This document shows, one piece after another, positions 30,601 to 44,519 of a stretch of 64,000 bases of DNA (the stretch's first letter is position 1; every line of letters begins with the position of its first letter). The position numbers were made by a program, and so were the translations under genes. The notes under the pieces were generated by a model. That model saw only the letters and a list, made by a program, of their open reading frames with translations, was not told where the DNA came from and did no database searches. The DNA lies in assembly GCA_012295275.1 (NCBI GenBank), contig CM022673.1:17484001-17548000 (forward strand), written 5' to 3'. This stretch comes from Chrysomallon squamiferum. Taxonomy: Eukaryota > Animalia > Mollusca.

Positions 30601-33600
30601 GTAAGTTTGATTTAGCAATAATATTTAATAAATTATGATAATGCCTGTAATTTCAGTAATATAATTCATCTCAATGCAGAATACAATTTTGATTTATAAT
30701 CAAATTTTTTTTCTTTCTGATATTTTAGTATGAATTGCTTATTCAGGATTGTATCAGTCAGCATAACTATTATCAAATGATAGACAAACTAGCAAATAAG
30801 TAAATAAATTCAAAATAATAATAATGTTTCAGAGAAAATATGGTCCTTGGTGGAATATGACTCCATCAGCAACTAAGAGATTCCGAAGAACTCCCAGTGA
30901 CTATTACAGTCAGGATTTTATAGGTAAACATGGTAAATTTGCTGTGTGTGGAAAAACACAAGTGGCAAAAAGTTTAAATTTCTTAAACTATTCATTTTGT
31001 ACAGAATTTGGATATGTAGAAAACATTTTCCAAAGAATGTATTAACAACTCAGAACAGTAATAATTATAAAGAGTAATCAGCATGTATTGCTTTGTTAAA
31101 TATTATCTCAATCATTCATTATAGTTTATACCAAGAACATATCAGCAAAATAATGCATGATATACATTTACTCTATACCAACAGTAATGTTCCTGACATT
31201 CTTTAGCACATAATGTAAATCATAAAGAAAAATATATTTTTTAATTTACATGTTAAAATAGCTATAATCAACATTAAAATGTTAGCATATTCAGTCCAAT
31301 GTGTTGTAATTAATATTACTGTGTATAATTTGAGATGACCAACAATTATACAACAGGGATATTATTATTTTTTTGTTTTGTTTTTTATATTTGATTAGAA
31401 ATAGTGTTTGAGAAGAAGGTATATCCAGTAAAAATTGATATCTACGAGACGTACAACCCAGGAGCCATTGTAAAAATACTCGCTTGTGACACTGCAGCAG
31501 GAACTGATGTAGATACTGGAAAAGTAATGTAACTATGGTTGGGATAATTAATTACTCAGTTTTTATTTATTTATTTGTTTGTTTGTATATATATTATATA
31601 TGTGTATTTGTATGTTTTATTTGTTTATTTGTGTATGTAATTATTTATGTTTAAATTTTTATTTATTTTTTAAATTTCTGTACTCATTTATTTGTTTGTT
31701 TGTTAATTTATTTTATTCGTTGTAATTTTAATTATAGTTGTGGATGGATTTTAGATATTTCAAATTCTTTTATTTATCTCATTAAGTAATTAAAGTGCAT
31801 GGTTTTTTTTTCAGTCGACGGACTGTGACATTATTCTCAGTGCATCATGTGGGCTGAGATTTCTAACTTTAATGGAAGAAAATGTGTACATTAGAAATGC
31901 AAAGCATTTCACATCAAGTAACTGATGATAAATACATAATAAGTGTCCTCTTGACTTTTCAAAAATAGTTTGTCAATAAATGAAGAGAAAAATCTATTAA
32001 ATTTTTCAAATCAGTTGATTTTGTTATTTCAGGTGGAAAACTCTGTGGTCTGATCGTCCAGAAAGAGCAAGTCTAGAACCCCGGATTTTCTCTCCTCCTC
32101 TGATATCAACAAACTTTTCTACTGAGTAAGCAACTTTAACACTTTTTTATTTATTATTTAAAACTTTTGCCTAAAAATCAGTGTATTTTATTCACAAATC
32201 AATTCTGTGAAAAACTTTAAGAAATTTAAAAGAATTATCATATTTGTCAGAAAGTTTGTGTGGTACTAGTTGGAATGAGATGTATATTAATAAGTGTTGA
32301 GAGAAAAGTCTGTTTAAGTGAAATGTCTCCATAACAATTTCCATTTATAAACAATTTAAAACAAAAAAAAAAATCTTTTCTGCATATTAGAACATTATCT
32401 GATTTTAAAAATAAAAATATATTTTTCTTAATTTGAATTTAATTTTTATCTTGATTTTTTTTTTTTTTTAATTTTAGTTTGATTAGATTGGAGCTGTGTC
32501 ATGACTTACTAGACTATTACACTGAACTTGATGCAATTGTTCTCCATGGCAGTGAAGAAAATCCCCAACCCTCACACACAAACACACCCCAACAGACAGA
32601 GGACCTCACTGAAAACTTTCAAGAACTGCAAATCACACATGACAAAAATTCACATACATATGGTCAATTTGAAATGTTACCTGTAAGTAAATAGCAAACA
32701 TTTGTTTGGTTTTCACTTTGAGAAATGTTTTGCTAATTTGTATTTTGTGTTGTGAAATTATCAAAATATAGCAAAAAATTCATAATTATGTTTAAAATTA
32801 TTATAAAAGTAAGTATCATGTTAAAAAAGAAAATTAAACTTTATTTTAATGCTTTTTTATATAAATAATTGATTATGTTTAAAATTATTAAAAAGTTTGT
32901 TAAAAAATATAAACTTTATTTTAATTTTTTTTTTCCAGGATGAAGTTATACAGATTATTTTAAGTTATTTAGACACACCTTCTTTAGGAAATGCAGCTCG
33001 GACCTGCAAGTGAGATTTTTAATTTTATTTTATTATAATTGTTGGGGTGGGGTTGTTTGTTTCCCCCCACCATTTATAGAGTTGAAGCATCAGAAACAAA
33101 ATTTAAATTTTTTGTTTTTTGTATTAGAACTCAGTTAATGAAATTTATATTAATGATTAATTACTCAGATTTATCTCAACATTATTATCTTCTTAGTCTC
33201 CTTTTAACGATAGTAATTTTCAAATTCTAAAAATTGCACTGAATTTAATTTAAGTTGACATTTTTAAAATAAATTTGTTTGCTTAATGAAAAATAAAATT
33301 TAAAATAATTTTTCAGACTTTTTCATAAACACTGTTATGATTCCCTCCTGTTTACTGAACTCAACCTCCAACCTCACTGGACACAGGTCAGAGTTTTTAC
33401 TTACATAGCAACATTCATTATTTCTTTTTTAATTAAGTAATATTAATTATTATTTATAAATTTGTTTTTAAAGTGTTCTTCTGATAAAATTAGGAAATAG
33501 TCTAAATATACTTTGGATATTTCCAAGTTGTGTTTTAATATTTTAATTTTATTTTAAAATTATTTTTATTATTATTTATTTTCTTAAATTTTATCTTAAT

Positions 33601-36600
33601 AATGAAATATAACAACTAAAAAGTACAGTTAAAAGAAATATCTTGATCTTGCTATAAGTATGTAGTGGTGACATCATGTAGAGATAGTTCTAAACAATCT
33701 CTAAACAAACACATTGTCATCAGAACTCTGTGAAGGTGTAAAATGGTAGCATTTTACAATCATTGTTTTTTGAGTGAACATAGATTCATTTAAACAATGA
33801 AATAATAACATTGTAGTCTAAAAAAATGATAATGTCATTTATTCTTACTGTTATTTTATCTAACATTTAATTAAATACTTTGACTGTTTATCTCACAGAT
33901 CAGTGATCATGTTTTAAACAGTTTACACACCAGATGCCACATGATACAGAGACTTAATCTGTCGTGGGCTGGAAAAAACAGCCCTTTGTCACAAACAGCT
34001 GTTGAAAGGTTAGACAAACTACTTCATAAATTTACTAATATTGTTGTTATGATTTCATTATTTGTGGCTTTTAAAAGATTTGAGAAAAAAAGGAAACATC
34101 TGATAAATTTGCTAATGTACGAATGTTTATTATAATTTCATTATTTACATTTGTTAAATGATTTGAAAAAAAACAACCAACCTTATAAATTTACTAATAC
34201 CTGATTTACATATATTTTATCATAATTTTATTATTTAGAACTCTAAAAAAATTGATAATTTTACTAATGTCTGATGCACATATTTTTATTATAATTATTG
34301 AAAAGTAAAGCACTGTAAGAATTTTCTTTTTATAACAATAGTTTTTCTTAATTAGCTGACTTTGTAACAAAATTAAAAAAAAATTAAAAAGAGAAAAAAT
34401 CACCTGGTGATTAATCTTTGCTTATAATAAATATTACAATATTTCAGTAACAAAACAAACTCATAAAAATGAATGTAGGATACTGTTTAATTTTATTGTG
34501 GTCTTATTTTGTACATAGAAATGTAAGAAGAAAAAACAAAGAAAAGAAAGAAACAAAGAAATCCAACATAATAGTATGATAAATAATTTCAGTTTTTCTT
34601 TCTTTTTTATTTTTTTTGTCCTCAGTCTGTTGAGAATATTTACATTTCTATCTCAAAAAATGGTATTCAAGAACTTGATATCTGTTTTATTAACTAAAAG
34701 TTATTATTAGCAAACACTGGGTTGCCTGATTTTTCATTATATTAAATATGCAGTTACCAGTCTTATAATTTTGTGTTACATTTCATGCTGTGTTAATTTG
34801 GATTTAACTCCTAACTTTCTGTTTTAGTTTTTTCAGAGTCTGTGGGAGTTGTCTTTCCTGTCTTCAGGTCTCATGTTGTCAGTTTGTTGTTGAATCCACG
34901 ATGGAAATTCTCTACAAATACTGTCCTGTTCTTGAAGGTGCCTAGCTTCATTAAACATTATTTTTTCATTATTTTTCATTATTATAAAATATTAATTAAA
35001 TACAATAATTATTGAGTTACTACTATTATTATTATTATTTATTATTATTATTATTATATTTATTATTATTATATTATTTAATTTATTGATTTACTGTTTT
35101 ATTAATATATATATATTATTATTCACAGATGCAAGTGAATTGATAAATATAACATTACAGTGTTTGTAGGTAGCCTTTAATATTTATGTATTTATTAACA
35201 GGATACAGTTTTGACAGAATGTTATTGTGTAAATGTTGTTTTTATTTCAGAGTTAGATTTAAGTAGTTGTCGACAGCTGGATAACCTAGGACTGACATAC
35301 CTCAGCAAGATGACAACTTTAAAAAAAGTTAACTTGTATCGAACTCATGCTGACATGCCAAACATCCTTGGTCTAATCTAGTGAGTCTCATATTCATTAT
35401 TATCTAGTTTTATCTAGTGAGTTTATCATTTATTTTCAAGTTTTATCTAGTGAGTTTCTCATTTATTAACTAGTTTTAGCTTATGAGTTTCTCATTTATT
35501 AACTAGTTTTAGCTTGTGAGTTTCTCATTATTAACTAGTTTTATCTTGTGAGTTTCTCATTTATTAACTAGTTTTACCTAGTGATTTTGTCATTTATTAT
35601 CTAATTTTATCTCATGAGTTTGACATTTATTATCTAGTGAGATTGAGGTTCATTATTATCTAGTGACTCTGACTTTATTTTACTATCTAGATTTATCAGA
35701 TTAGTGTAGTATTATTTTACTGTCTAATTTTAACTAATGAGTTTTAGTGAAATTTATTATCTAATTTTTCTTCTATTGAATTTAATATTATTTTATTTTC
35801 TAGTTTTATTTAATTGATATAATTTTATTATCTGGTTTTATCTAGTAAGTTTGACATTATTTTACTGCACATTTACCTAATGAAGTTTAGTGAAATTTAT
35901 TATCTAAGTTTTTTTCAGTGAGTTAGATATTCTTTTACTGTCGATAAAGTTTTGACATTTTATTATCAAATTTTATGTAGCCTAGCAAGTTTGATATTTA
36001 CTATCTGGTTTTATGAAGTGATTTTAATATTAAGTTGTTATTTATTTTCATCAAATGAGTTTGACATTATTTTACTGTCTGGTGAGCAAGACATAAATAA
36101 TTTTGTTCAGTATTTAATTAGAAAGGAATATTACTTGTCTGATGATAAATATTGATAAAAGTTAATAATCATTTTTATTCTTAAATGATTTGAACATTTT
36201 ACATATATATATATTATTTATTTACAGTGCATGTCCCAATCTTGAACACTTAAATCTAGGAGCATGTACACGAGTTTCAAGTTTCAATGATGTAGCTCTG
36301 GCATTAGGATCAAACTGCAAGTAATTACAGAAGTTTATTTTCTTTAGATTAGGTTTAGATTATAAAACATTTGTGAGGAAAACATAAAAAGAAAGAAAGA
36401 AAAGAAAAGAAAAGAAAATAAAAGAAAATCTTTAAAAACTTTCTGAAAAAAATAAAAATTGGAATAAAAAAAAAATAGGTAATGTTTAATACAGAAAATT
36501 TAATAAAGATGGAAAAAAAAGAACAGAAGGATAAATAACTAGATACTCATCCTGTAAATCAGAAAATTTAATTGATATAGAAAAGGGAAAAACAGAACAC

Positions 36601-37033
36601 AAATGAAGACGTCATTTTTTTTTTCTTGTTTTTACAGAAAACTAAAATCATTAGATCTGTGGAGAGCAAGAACATTTAGTGAAGTTGGAATGACAGCAAT
36701 TGCAAACAACTGTAGACAACTAGAAGAACTCGATTTAGGATGGTGGTTTGTACTAGTATACTCACCCCATTTACTATTTTATGAAAATTAAAGAAAATAA
36801 CTGAGGGAAATAACTGTGTATATTAAAGGCAGATAATTGTAGAATATTCATATATGTAACCATTAAGAGAAATAACTACAGAAACATTAAGATTTGTAAC
36901 TTCAATAACCATAATAAAATGAAATGAAATAGAGATACTATAAGTCAGGGGAGAGATCTATGACCATATTAGGGAAAGTTTTGTCTATAACATTTATTAT
37001 CTAAAACTAAGAAATTAATAAAGATGTAATAGC

Positions 37034-37064
<31 letters not shown>

Positions 37065-38267
37065 GAAAGTTGCTTAAAACAAAACTGATAAAGTAATGAT
37101 AATATAGTTAAATTTTACTCTGAACCTATTCATATTTATCTCAGAGAAATAATTATATTTAAACTTTTTAAAATGTTAATTTAAAAAAAAAAAAAAAAAC
37201 TTTTTCATTATAGCTCGGCACTCCAGTCTAGTTCAGGATGTTTTGTTAATCTGTCAGAGAAGTGTCGTAACTTGAAGAAATTATTTCTTACAGCAAACAG
37301 GTATTTCCACTTCTGTGATACAGATTTACCAATACATATCCTGTCCCTAGAACTGTCATTTTCACATCTTTATTGACAGCAGATTCCAAAGCTTCTAAAT
37401 GAACAACTAGGACCCTTCACAATATATCTACTATCTCATATAGCCTTATACAATATACACAACTAATAACTTTTAATGGTACATACCTGGATAGACACTT
37501 TGTACAGTAAAATAAAAAAAGTTTTAGTGAAGTAAATAACACTGCAGAGTTCATAGCACAGATGACACTGACTATTCTTACATCAATTAAATTATTCTGG
37601 GTTATTGGATAATTGCTGAATTTAACATTTTAAATTACAGTACCTCTTTTAACAGTATCCTATTCATTAGTGCCTGAAAATGCTTTTCAAAATTGGAGAA
37701 AATATAGCTAAAAGTAGTTATTGTTTTTGTTAATTGTTAAAACTGATGTATGGGGGTTACTGTAGAACAATTAGGTTTTTTTTTCACATTAACATCACAT
37801 ATATGATGACTTGTGATCTAAAAATTCATTAGTTGGTTAATCAAACATTGACTGAAATATTTTAATGTGCATTTGTTCTGATTTTCAAACAGGACGGTTT
37901 GTGATATGGATCTTGTTGCATTTGCTGAAAACTGTCAGCAGTTGGAACAACTTGACATCCTTGGCACACGCGAAGTGTCAGTCACTGGAGCCCTGCGGTG
38001 AGAAATTCTCTTTTACTTCATACAGCAGCGTTTTGGTGAGAAATTCTCTTTTACTTCATACAGCGTTTTTTATTTTTTATTTTAAACTCATCAGTTTTTT
38101 ATTTTAAACCTGTGGTGAGAAATTCTCTTTTACTTCATACAACGTTTTTATTTTAAACTCACATCATATTTAATACAGTTTTAAACAACAAATCTTGCAT
38201 CACTTTCACTTTGGATGATTAAAATATTCTGTTTAAACAAAAGCAAGTGGTGGATTTTTTGCTGTTA

Positions 38268-38305
<38 letters not shown>

Positions 38306-38571
38306 CATCATCATTATTATCATTATTATTTGATTCATTAGTATTTTTATATTTTATTATTATTATTATCATCATCATCTTAACCATCATTGTTATTATT
38401 ATTATTTTTATTATTATTTATTTTTATTTTTTCTATTCAAGAGTTCTTGAGTCGTGTACAAACTTAAAAATGTTTGACATATCATTTTGTGCTGACATTG
38501 ATGAGGAGGCTGTAATCGGATGGAGAATGCTGTTTCCACAAGTGGACATAAAGAAAAGTTTCCAAGCATGA
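30310..38571 (+). CDS. FBXL4: F-box/leucine-rich repeat protein 4, spliced gene, 15 coding exons, 607 aa
   Basis: Exons 30310-30600, 30833-30923, 31399-31528, 32033-32125, 32478-32682, 32939-33009, 33317-33386, 33899-34008, 34828-34937, 35251-35380, 36228-36320, 36638-36745, 37214-37300, 37893-37997, 38442-38571. Total 1824 nt, phases consistent. FBXL4-type motifs [44 protein letters not shown]....[13 protein letters not shown]; F-box [13 protein letters not shown]; LRRs; LDLGWC, LFLTANR; C-terminal IKKSF. Confidence 0.95.
30833..30923 (+). CDS. FBXL4: FBXL4 exon 2 ([18 protein letters not shown])
   Basis: GT-AG, phase 0/1. Confidence 0.92.
31399..31528 (+). CDS. FBXL4: FBXL4 exon 3 ([30 protein letters not shown]..)
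   Basis: Conserved YETY.PGA motif; donor at 31529 required for frame. Confidence 0.9.
32033..32125 (+). CDS. FBXL4: FBXL4 exon 4 ([14 protein letters not shown]..)
   Basis: GT-AG, phase 2/2. Confidence 0.9.
32478..32682 (+). CDS. FBXL4: FBXL4 exon 5 ([29 protein letters not shown])
   Basis: ORF 32479..; start of F-box. Confidence 0.93.
32939..33009 (+). CDS. FBXL4: FBXL4 exon 6, F-box ([23 protein letters not shown])
   Basis: F-box consensus; GT-AG. Confidence 0.92.
33317..33386 (+). CDS. FBXL4: FBXL4 exon 7 ([23 protein letters not shown])
   Basis: LNLQP.W motif; GT-AG. Confidence 0.92.
33899..34008 (+). CDS. FBXL4: FBXL4 exon 8 ([25 protein letters not shown]..)
   Basis: LRR; GT-AG. 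Confidence 0.92.
34828..34937 (+). CDS. FBXL4: FBXL4 exon 9 ([25 protein letters not shown])
   Basis: LRR; alternative in-frame acceptor at 34837 possible. Confidence 0.88.
35251..35380 (+). CDS. FBXL4: FBXL4 exon 10 ([17 protein letters not shown]..)
   Basis: LRR; donor TA|GTGAGT. Confidence 0.92.
35376..36080. repeat. 33-bp minisatellite starting at the FBXL4 exon 10 donor
   Basis: Unit TATCTAGTGAGTTTCTCATTTATTAACTAGTTT, well kept to ~35640 and degenerate beyond. Confidence 0.88.
36228..36320 (+). CDS. FBXL4: FBXL4 exon 11 ([18 protein letters not shown])
   Basis: LRR; GT-AG. Confidence 0.92.
36638..36745 (+). CDS. FBXL4: FBXL4 exon 12 ([26 protein letters not shown])
   Basis: LRR; GT-AG. 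Confidence 0.93.
37214..37300 (+). CDS. FBXL4: FBXL4 exon 13 ([20 protein letters not shown])
   Basis: LRR; GT-AG. Confidence 0.93.
37893..37997 (+). CDS. FBXL4: FBXL4 exon 14 ([21 protein letters not shown]..)
   Basis: LRR; GT-AG. Confidence 0.93.
37992..38165 (+). repeat. Three copies of the FBXL4 exon 14 donor region
   Basis: GGTGAGAAATTCTCTTTTACTTCATACA with GT at 37998, 38036 and 38115. Confidence 0.9.
38442..38571 (+). CDS. FBXL4: FBXL4 terminal exon 15 ([23 protein letters not shown])
   Basis: LRR with D.SFC and IKKSF end; TGA at 38569-38571. Confidence 0.92.
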
Positions 38572-40291
38572 CATAAAATAATGATATCTTGAATCTTATG
38601 TTTGGGGAATCCAAGTTCTATTTTAAGTTCAATATATTGAATGAATTATCAGAAAAATTAAATTAAATAAGTTATGAGAGAATGAGGTTTTGTGAAAATC
38701 ATATTTTGTATTTAGAGTGAAAACTCGCTAAATTAAATTTCAGGAAATTAACTTATTGTGGAAATATTTTTAATAATTTATACTATATATTGATTGCCGA
38801 TAACATTTACTTAAAAATATTAACAGAATTTTTGCTATAAATGACATGTTATCATTTCATATGAACTTCTACTGTTTAATAGTTCTTAAATGTCCATGCA
38901 TTTTATATTCTTTTTGAGTATTACAGCTATAATGATCTCTAATGGAGAAAAATGTTGAATTTTATATGTGTACTTTATATCATAAATATCAATTTAATTT
39001 CTTTGTACCTAGTTTGCAACAGATAAGGAGAAAATACTTTCAAAAAGAAATACAGTGTAAAACTTTAATCATCCAAATACTTAAAACGTTTTTAGTAAAT
39101 GAAACTATAAATACATTTTTTGAAATTATTTATTTATTTATCTATGTATTTATTTTTGTTTTCTTATTTTAAATGTTACCTTTTTAGAATTATTAATTAA
39201 TTATAATGAAACAGAAGGCCAGTTCAAACTGGTCATGTCAAATTGTTTCTCAAATGTAGAGGGATTGTTTTTATAAATTATTAATTTTATTAAATTTATT
39301 ATCTGATATTAATATTCAGTCCTGGATTTAAATAGAAACAAAACAAGATCTAAATAGGACCACAGAGAAAGCTGGTTCCTAGCCTTAACCTCAACTGACG
39401 TTTTTCAAACAGTGTATGTACATCTTTGTCCAAATTTGACCTTCATTTATTGGCCTGTTTTAAATTATTCAACAAAATCAGACTGCATTAATCTTATCTA
39501 ATTCACCAAGAATCTCAAAAAGTACATTTAATTACCATGGAGATTAAAAAGCCTGCAATAGTTGTGTGTGTTTTCCATCTTGTATTTCTACAGTTTATTT
39601 GTATTGAACATGCACAGCAACAATTATGTAATTAAGTGGTTCAGTTAATTGACTTTTATTATTATTATCAATTTTATTTTTTATTTTTTTATTTTTTTTT
39701 ATTATTATTTTTTATTATCACTGTTTTTTTTTCTTGGGGCATTTGTCTAGATTTTTACAATTTGGCATCATTTAAATTTTTCCCTCTTTTTTTATATTTT
39801 TAATCATTTTGTTTTATCTTGTGACCTTACTTATTTACTGTCATCTTAGTATCAAGGGCATTACAATTAAATTATCTTTTTATTTTCACATAGAATTTTT
39901 TTTTTTTTAATAGATTAATACCAAATTAAATTTAAAAAACTCATATTTCATATTTCTGCATTTCTTATATTTTTAAATAGAATTATAATAATCATAACAG
40001 AGGAGGCTATAATTTGATAATTATTATTATTTTACAAATGCTAAATAAATGAACTTGTGAACATTACAAAATGTATGCTAACAAAGTTCTGTTTGTTAAA
40101 TTTTATTACATTTTGATAACAACATACTGTCAAAACACAAAAGTGGTTATTGGTAATATTTGTTCAAAGGCTGTGCTTCAAACAGAATAAAAAATATTCA
40201 GTCTGTAATATTGTGAACAGAATTTTAGCAGTCCTTTTAATATATATTTCATTTTCCCTTTGTTATCAAATGTTTTTAATTTTTAAATTTA

Positions 40292-40346
<55 letters not shown>

Positions 40347-42748
40347 TCTATATTTTATTGTTTTTATTTCAATGAGGCTGATGCAATGGAATTTAACTTT
40401 TTTTTGTTGATTCGGTTTTCATTTATTGTGAATTTAGAAAAATGTGATATGTAACTAATTTCTGGAATAATTTATTCAAAAAAAGAGAGTGAATGAGTGT
40501 GTGTGAATGTATGTGAACAAATGAAATGTAATATTTTAGCAAAATGTAGCTTTTATTAAAAATATTAAGAACAACTGTTTTGCTGGTCAAATGTGTTCAA
40601 ATTATAGCAATAATGTTGAGATAATATCCTACATGAAAAGATTGTTCAGCATTATTCTGTGTTTAATTTGTCTTTTAACCAATTTCTTACATTTTCTTTG
40701 TAATGTAAATTCCTTGAATAGATAGGTGTATATGCTTTAATGAAAGGAAACTATGGAATATTGCTTTCCTTCAAAAGATAGTTAAATGAATAGATTGTAT
40801 TATTACTATTAGTAGTCACTGGAAGTAATAATATTATTTAAAAACAAAAAAACGTGGCTAACTTTATAGAATCTTGGCATTTATATAACAATTTAGGGCA
40901 ATAATAAAGTTGAAAAATAAATGTGATAAATGACAAAACTTTAAGATTTTATTTTGTATTATATTTTTATTTCGATATTTGTTATTAGAATGTAAGTTTT
41001 CTTATCTGAAAAAATGAAGTTTTAACAAGATAAATAGATAATTTCATTTCAATACGTTATTACAAAAACATAAAATTATAATTAAAATTTTAAGCAAGTG
41101 GCGAAATTTCTCTACAAATTTAACAGTACTGACAAACGTAACTTCAGTTTGATAAGATTATGGACTGATCCATTTGTGTATATTTGTTTGTAGTTGTTGT
41201 TTGTTTGTTTTGTTTTTGGGTTTTTTTTGTTTTTTTTTAAGAAAGAATAAACAAATAAAAAAAACGTTCGTAAAATAAACGCCGAAAAAAGGTTTAATGA
41301 CAGTATTAGTCACTTCACTGAATTTCGTTTACTGTTACGCAGCAATTTCAGTGATTGTAAGTGTTCAGTCAAGCCTGAGCGATAATTCTTGGAAATAGTT
41401 GGCATTCAACATTTTAAACAAACTACTCATTTATATTGTTAGGAATTTCTAAAAAGCGGATTCCATCACTACCAACTATTTCACATCTTCTTCGTAAATA
41501 CCAGCATATCGTAACGTTTTGTAAAAGCCTTCTTAATCGAGTCGCAAATTACCTCGAATCGTTAACCAGGGCGAAAATGCCATTTGCAGAAGGTCATTAA
41601 AGAGGGGATAATTTTTCAGAATATTTTATCATTGCGAGATATCATCAAAGTATTTTTGCCCAAGTGTCAAATTTCCGACTAAATGGTGCCGAAAATAGCT
41701 GTTAACAGATTACTCGATTTACAACCATTAATCCGTAGTTGTTTGTGTTAACATAAAAACTCGGAACTGTTTTGAGAAAATGATGGTTATATTTTAATAT
41801 GGTGTGTATCCATTACAGGTCTAGATAGACCTGCGATATTAAATATAATTACATACTAAGCCTTTTTTTTTTTTTTTTTTATTTATTTATTGTTGTTTTG
41901 ATATTAATTTTATTTTTGCCTATACTCGTAAAGCACAAATGACGTTAAGGATATCTATATTTATTTATTTAAATTTTATTTGTTTTATAAATCCAATAAA
42001 AATTTGAACGATATTATATATCGAAAAAAAAAAAAAAAAGTATGTCAGATTCAATTATTACTGGTAATGAAAACCTTCATTATATATATTATTTATGTAT
42101 TTTACTGATAGGAAACTAGATCCGTGTTATTGTGCGTTACGTCACTTAACGAAAATGAGAAAATAACCTGCTGAAGCCTAGGGTCATCACAGCCTTATTC
42201 AGAAAATCCTATTTACGGTAACAAATCTAAAAATATCAAATAGGTATGAGATAAATGTTTCCTTAACAGACGAAGCTGAATGTCACGAGTTCACAGAACT
42301 AATGTTGTTAATACAATTATTTGTAAAGCTGGCTAATACATTTTACGTCCAATATTCCGTTACAACTACTAGTCCAGAGAGCTGAAAGACCAAAGTTTTA
42401 TATTTGGTTACTGTACTTGAACTTACTTAATAATAATAGTAATAAGAAGAAGAAGAAGAAAGAAAGAAATATATATATATATAAAGAACTATATATCAAG
42501 GAAGTATCCACATCATGCACACACAGGAGAAAAACGTACGTGATAAGGAACAATGTGTCTGCAGTGGTTTATAAAGTCTTGCACACAGCCGAACCCGGTT
42601 AATGGACGTGATCGCTGTATTAAACATAATCCTACTGATCTGTGGGTTTCTTTTTATAATATTGTTGTAGAAAATGACCTCATACTGACCAACGGTAAGA
42701 ATCGAGCCTGGGTATAGATTTTGGTGGTGTGGGTTTTTTTTCTCACGC

Positions 42749-42801
<53 letters not shown>

Positions 42802-42955
42802 CTCATACACATACATATACATATATACATATATATTCTTCATAAATGTTTTAAACTGTTAATATTATATTAAAATAATTATTAATATTTTATTTTTATA
42901 CTTTTAAATTAATTATTAATTTTCAAGAACTGCTAAATAGTACTACTACCACGAC

Positions 42956-43017
<62 letters not shown>

Positions 43018-43902
43018 TTTTAAAAAATGAGTATGATCCTAACAATGCAGTTCTGATCAGTTATTTTCCGTACGGGATCTGTGATCTTAACTAACGTTGT
43101 AAGGTGCACATTACTGATCAGTTACGTTACTAAGTCTGTACGGGGTGAAAAATTAGAGAACTAACAAGCCCATAATACAGTTGAAGTACAAGTGAACTTA
43201 TGTACAGTTTATAGCTTATAGATCAAAAATAGGTCACGTCTCTCATTCATCTTTGACACGTGATCAATACCTGAGCCCGTTCTAAGTCACAATATTGTTT
43301 TCACACTTGATCAAGTTCATGTTTTGGCATACGATATTAATTTGTTTCTGCTTTATCGATTACAGCCTATCACAGCTTTGGAAAATAAAATAAAAAATTG
43401 GGGATAAAAAATAAGACGGCATTAAAAAAGATATCGTCGTCTTTTTGACAATGTTTTTTTTTTCTTCTTTTTTTTTACATATTATTATTTTTATTAGTTA
43501 ATGTTGCCAGGAGAATTAGAAAAAAATAGATATATAAATGCCTACAATCATATAAGCTAATTCATTATCTCATGTACTCTCTTTCACACACAAATATACA
43601 ACAAGCATACAAACATACCTCACACACACACACACACTATATACATATTATATCTTGGAATGTTAATGAAAAAAAAAAAAAAAAACCAACACCAAAAAAG
43701 TTACATTTGTAATGAGGAAACAAGTAATATTACATGATTTTGCAATTTCAGCAGTTTTGTTGGCTGAATGTGACGGAATATTCACAGGTCAACAAACCAT
43801 TTTTGCAAATACTTCCAGTTGCGTGGGCTTCCTTGTCACGCAAAAAGCAATTACAGACTTTCACTGAGACTCTCACAGCTTCACGTGATTTATTACAAAG
43901 AT

Positions 43903-44150
43903 AAAGTTTGTTCTGTTAAACACATCGCCAGAACTCATTGATTAAATCTCAACTATCGATAGGTCCATGGCGAATTTTGTTCTTTTCTAACAGTTTTTGG
44001 ACATGCACTTCACTTTGTTTATTAACAGAACTGCTCCTTTTTTGTTTACAGCTTCCAACAGATAGGAAATCTTATAACTCAGTTTATGATAATTAGTCGT
44101 GGAGCACTGGTTAGAACAGAATATAGCCCAAATAGGAGAACTGATGAAAT
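43903..44150 (-). mobile_element. Degenerate near-full-length SINE copy
   Basis: aaagtttgttctgttaaacac (tail) through agtcgtggagcactggttagaacagaatatagcccaa (core), the reverse complement of the core at ~2610-2650. Confidence 0.6.
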
Positions 44151-44519
44151 TAATTTGTACTTATTTATTTAGAAATTCTTTTTTTCATAAATTCCTCATC
44201 AAGATGTAAGAGTTATTGAAATTATTTTTGCGGATTCGGCCAATAAAACATTTTCATCTGACCTTAATCTACTCGTTTTTCATGATACTTTTTGTTACAA
44301 ATTGTTTTTGCTAATAACTATAATCATCTCTAGTGATTTACACTGAATCTTTTTCTTGCTTCGTTTCTCGTGTTCAATGTTTAAGAAAAACAACAACACC
44401 TGACCAATGGTGGAATTATCATCCTCTGTGGATAAGTAAATCTTTTCGGCAGTAACACCTGAGCTTAGATGAAAATATCAATAGTTTCTGAATTATCGAC
44501 ACCGGTGAAATATTGATGG

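Noticed and set aside
35376-36080. Regular 33-bp repeats (also 31-bp at 7327) as a CRISPR-like array
   Set aside because: Head-to-tail units with no unique spacers, in a eukaryotic intron, with no cas genes
41330-41830. Higher-complexity stretch downstream of FBXL4
   Set aside because: No sustained ORF or recognisable motif in the frames inspected
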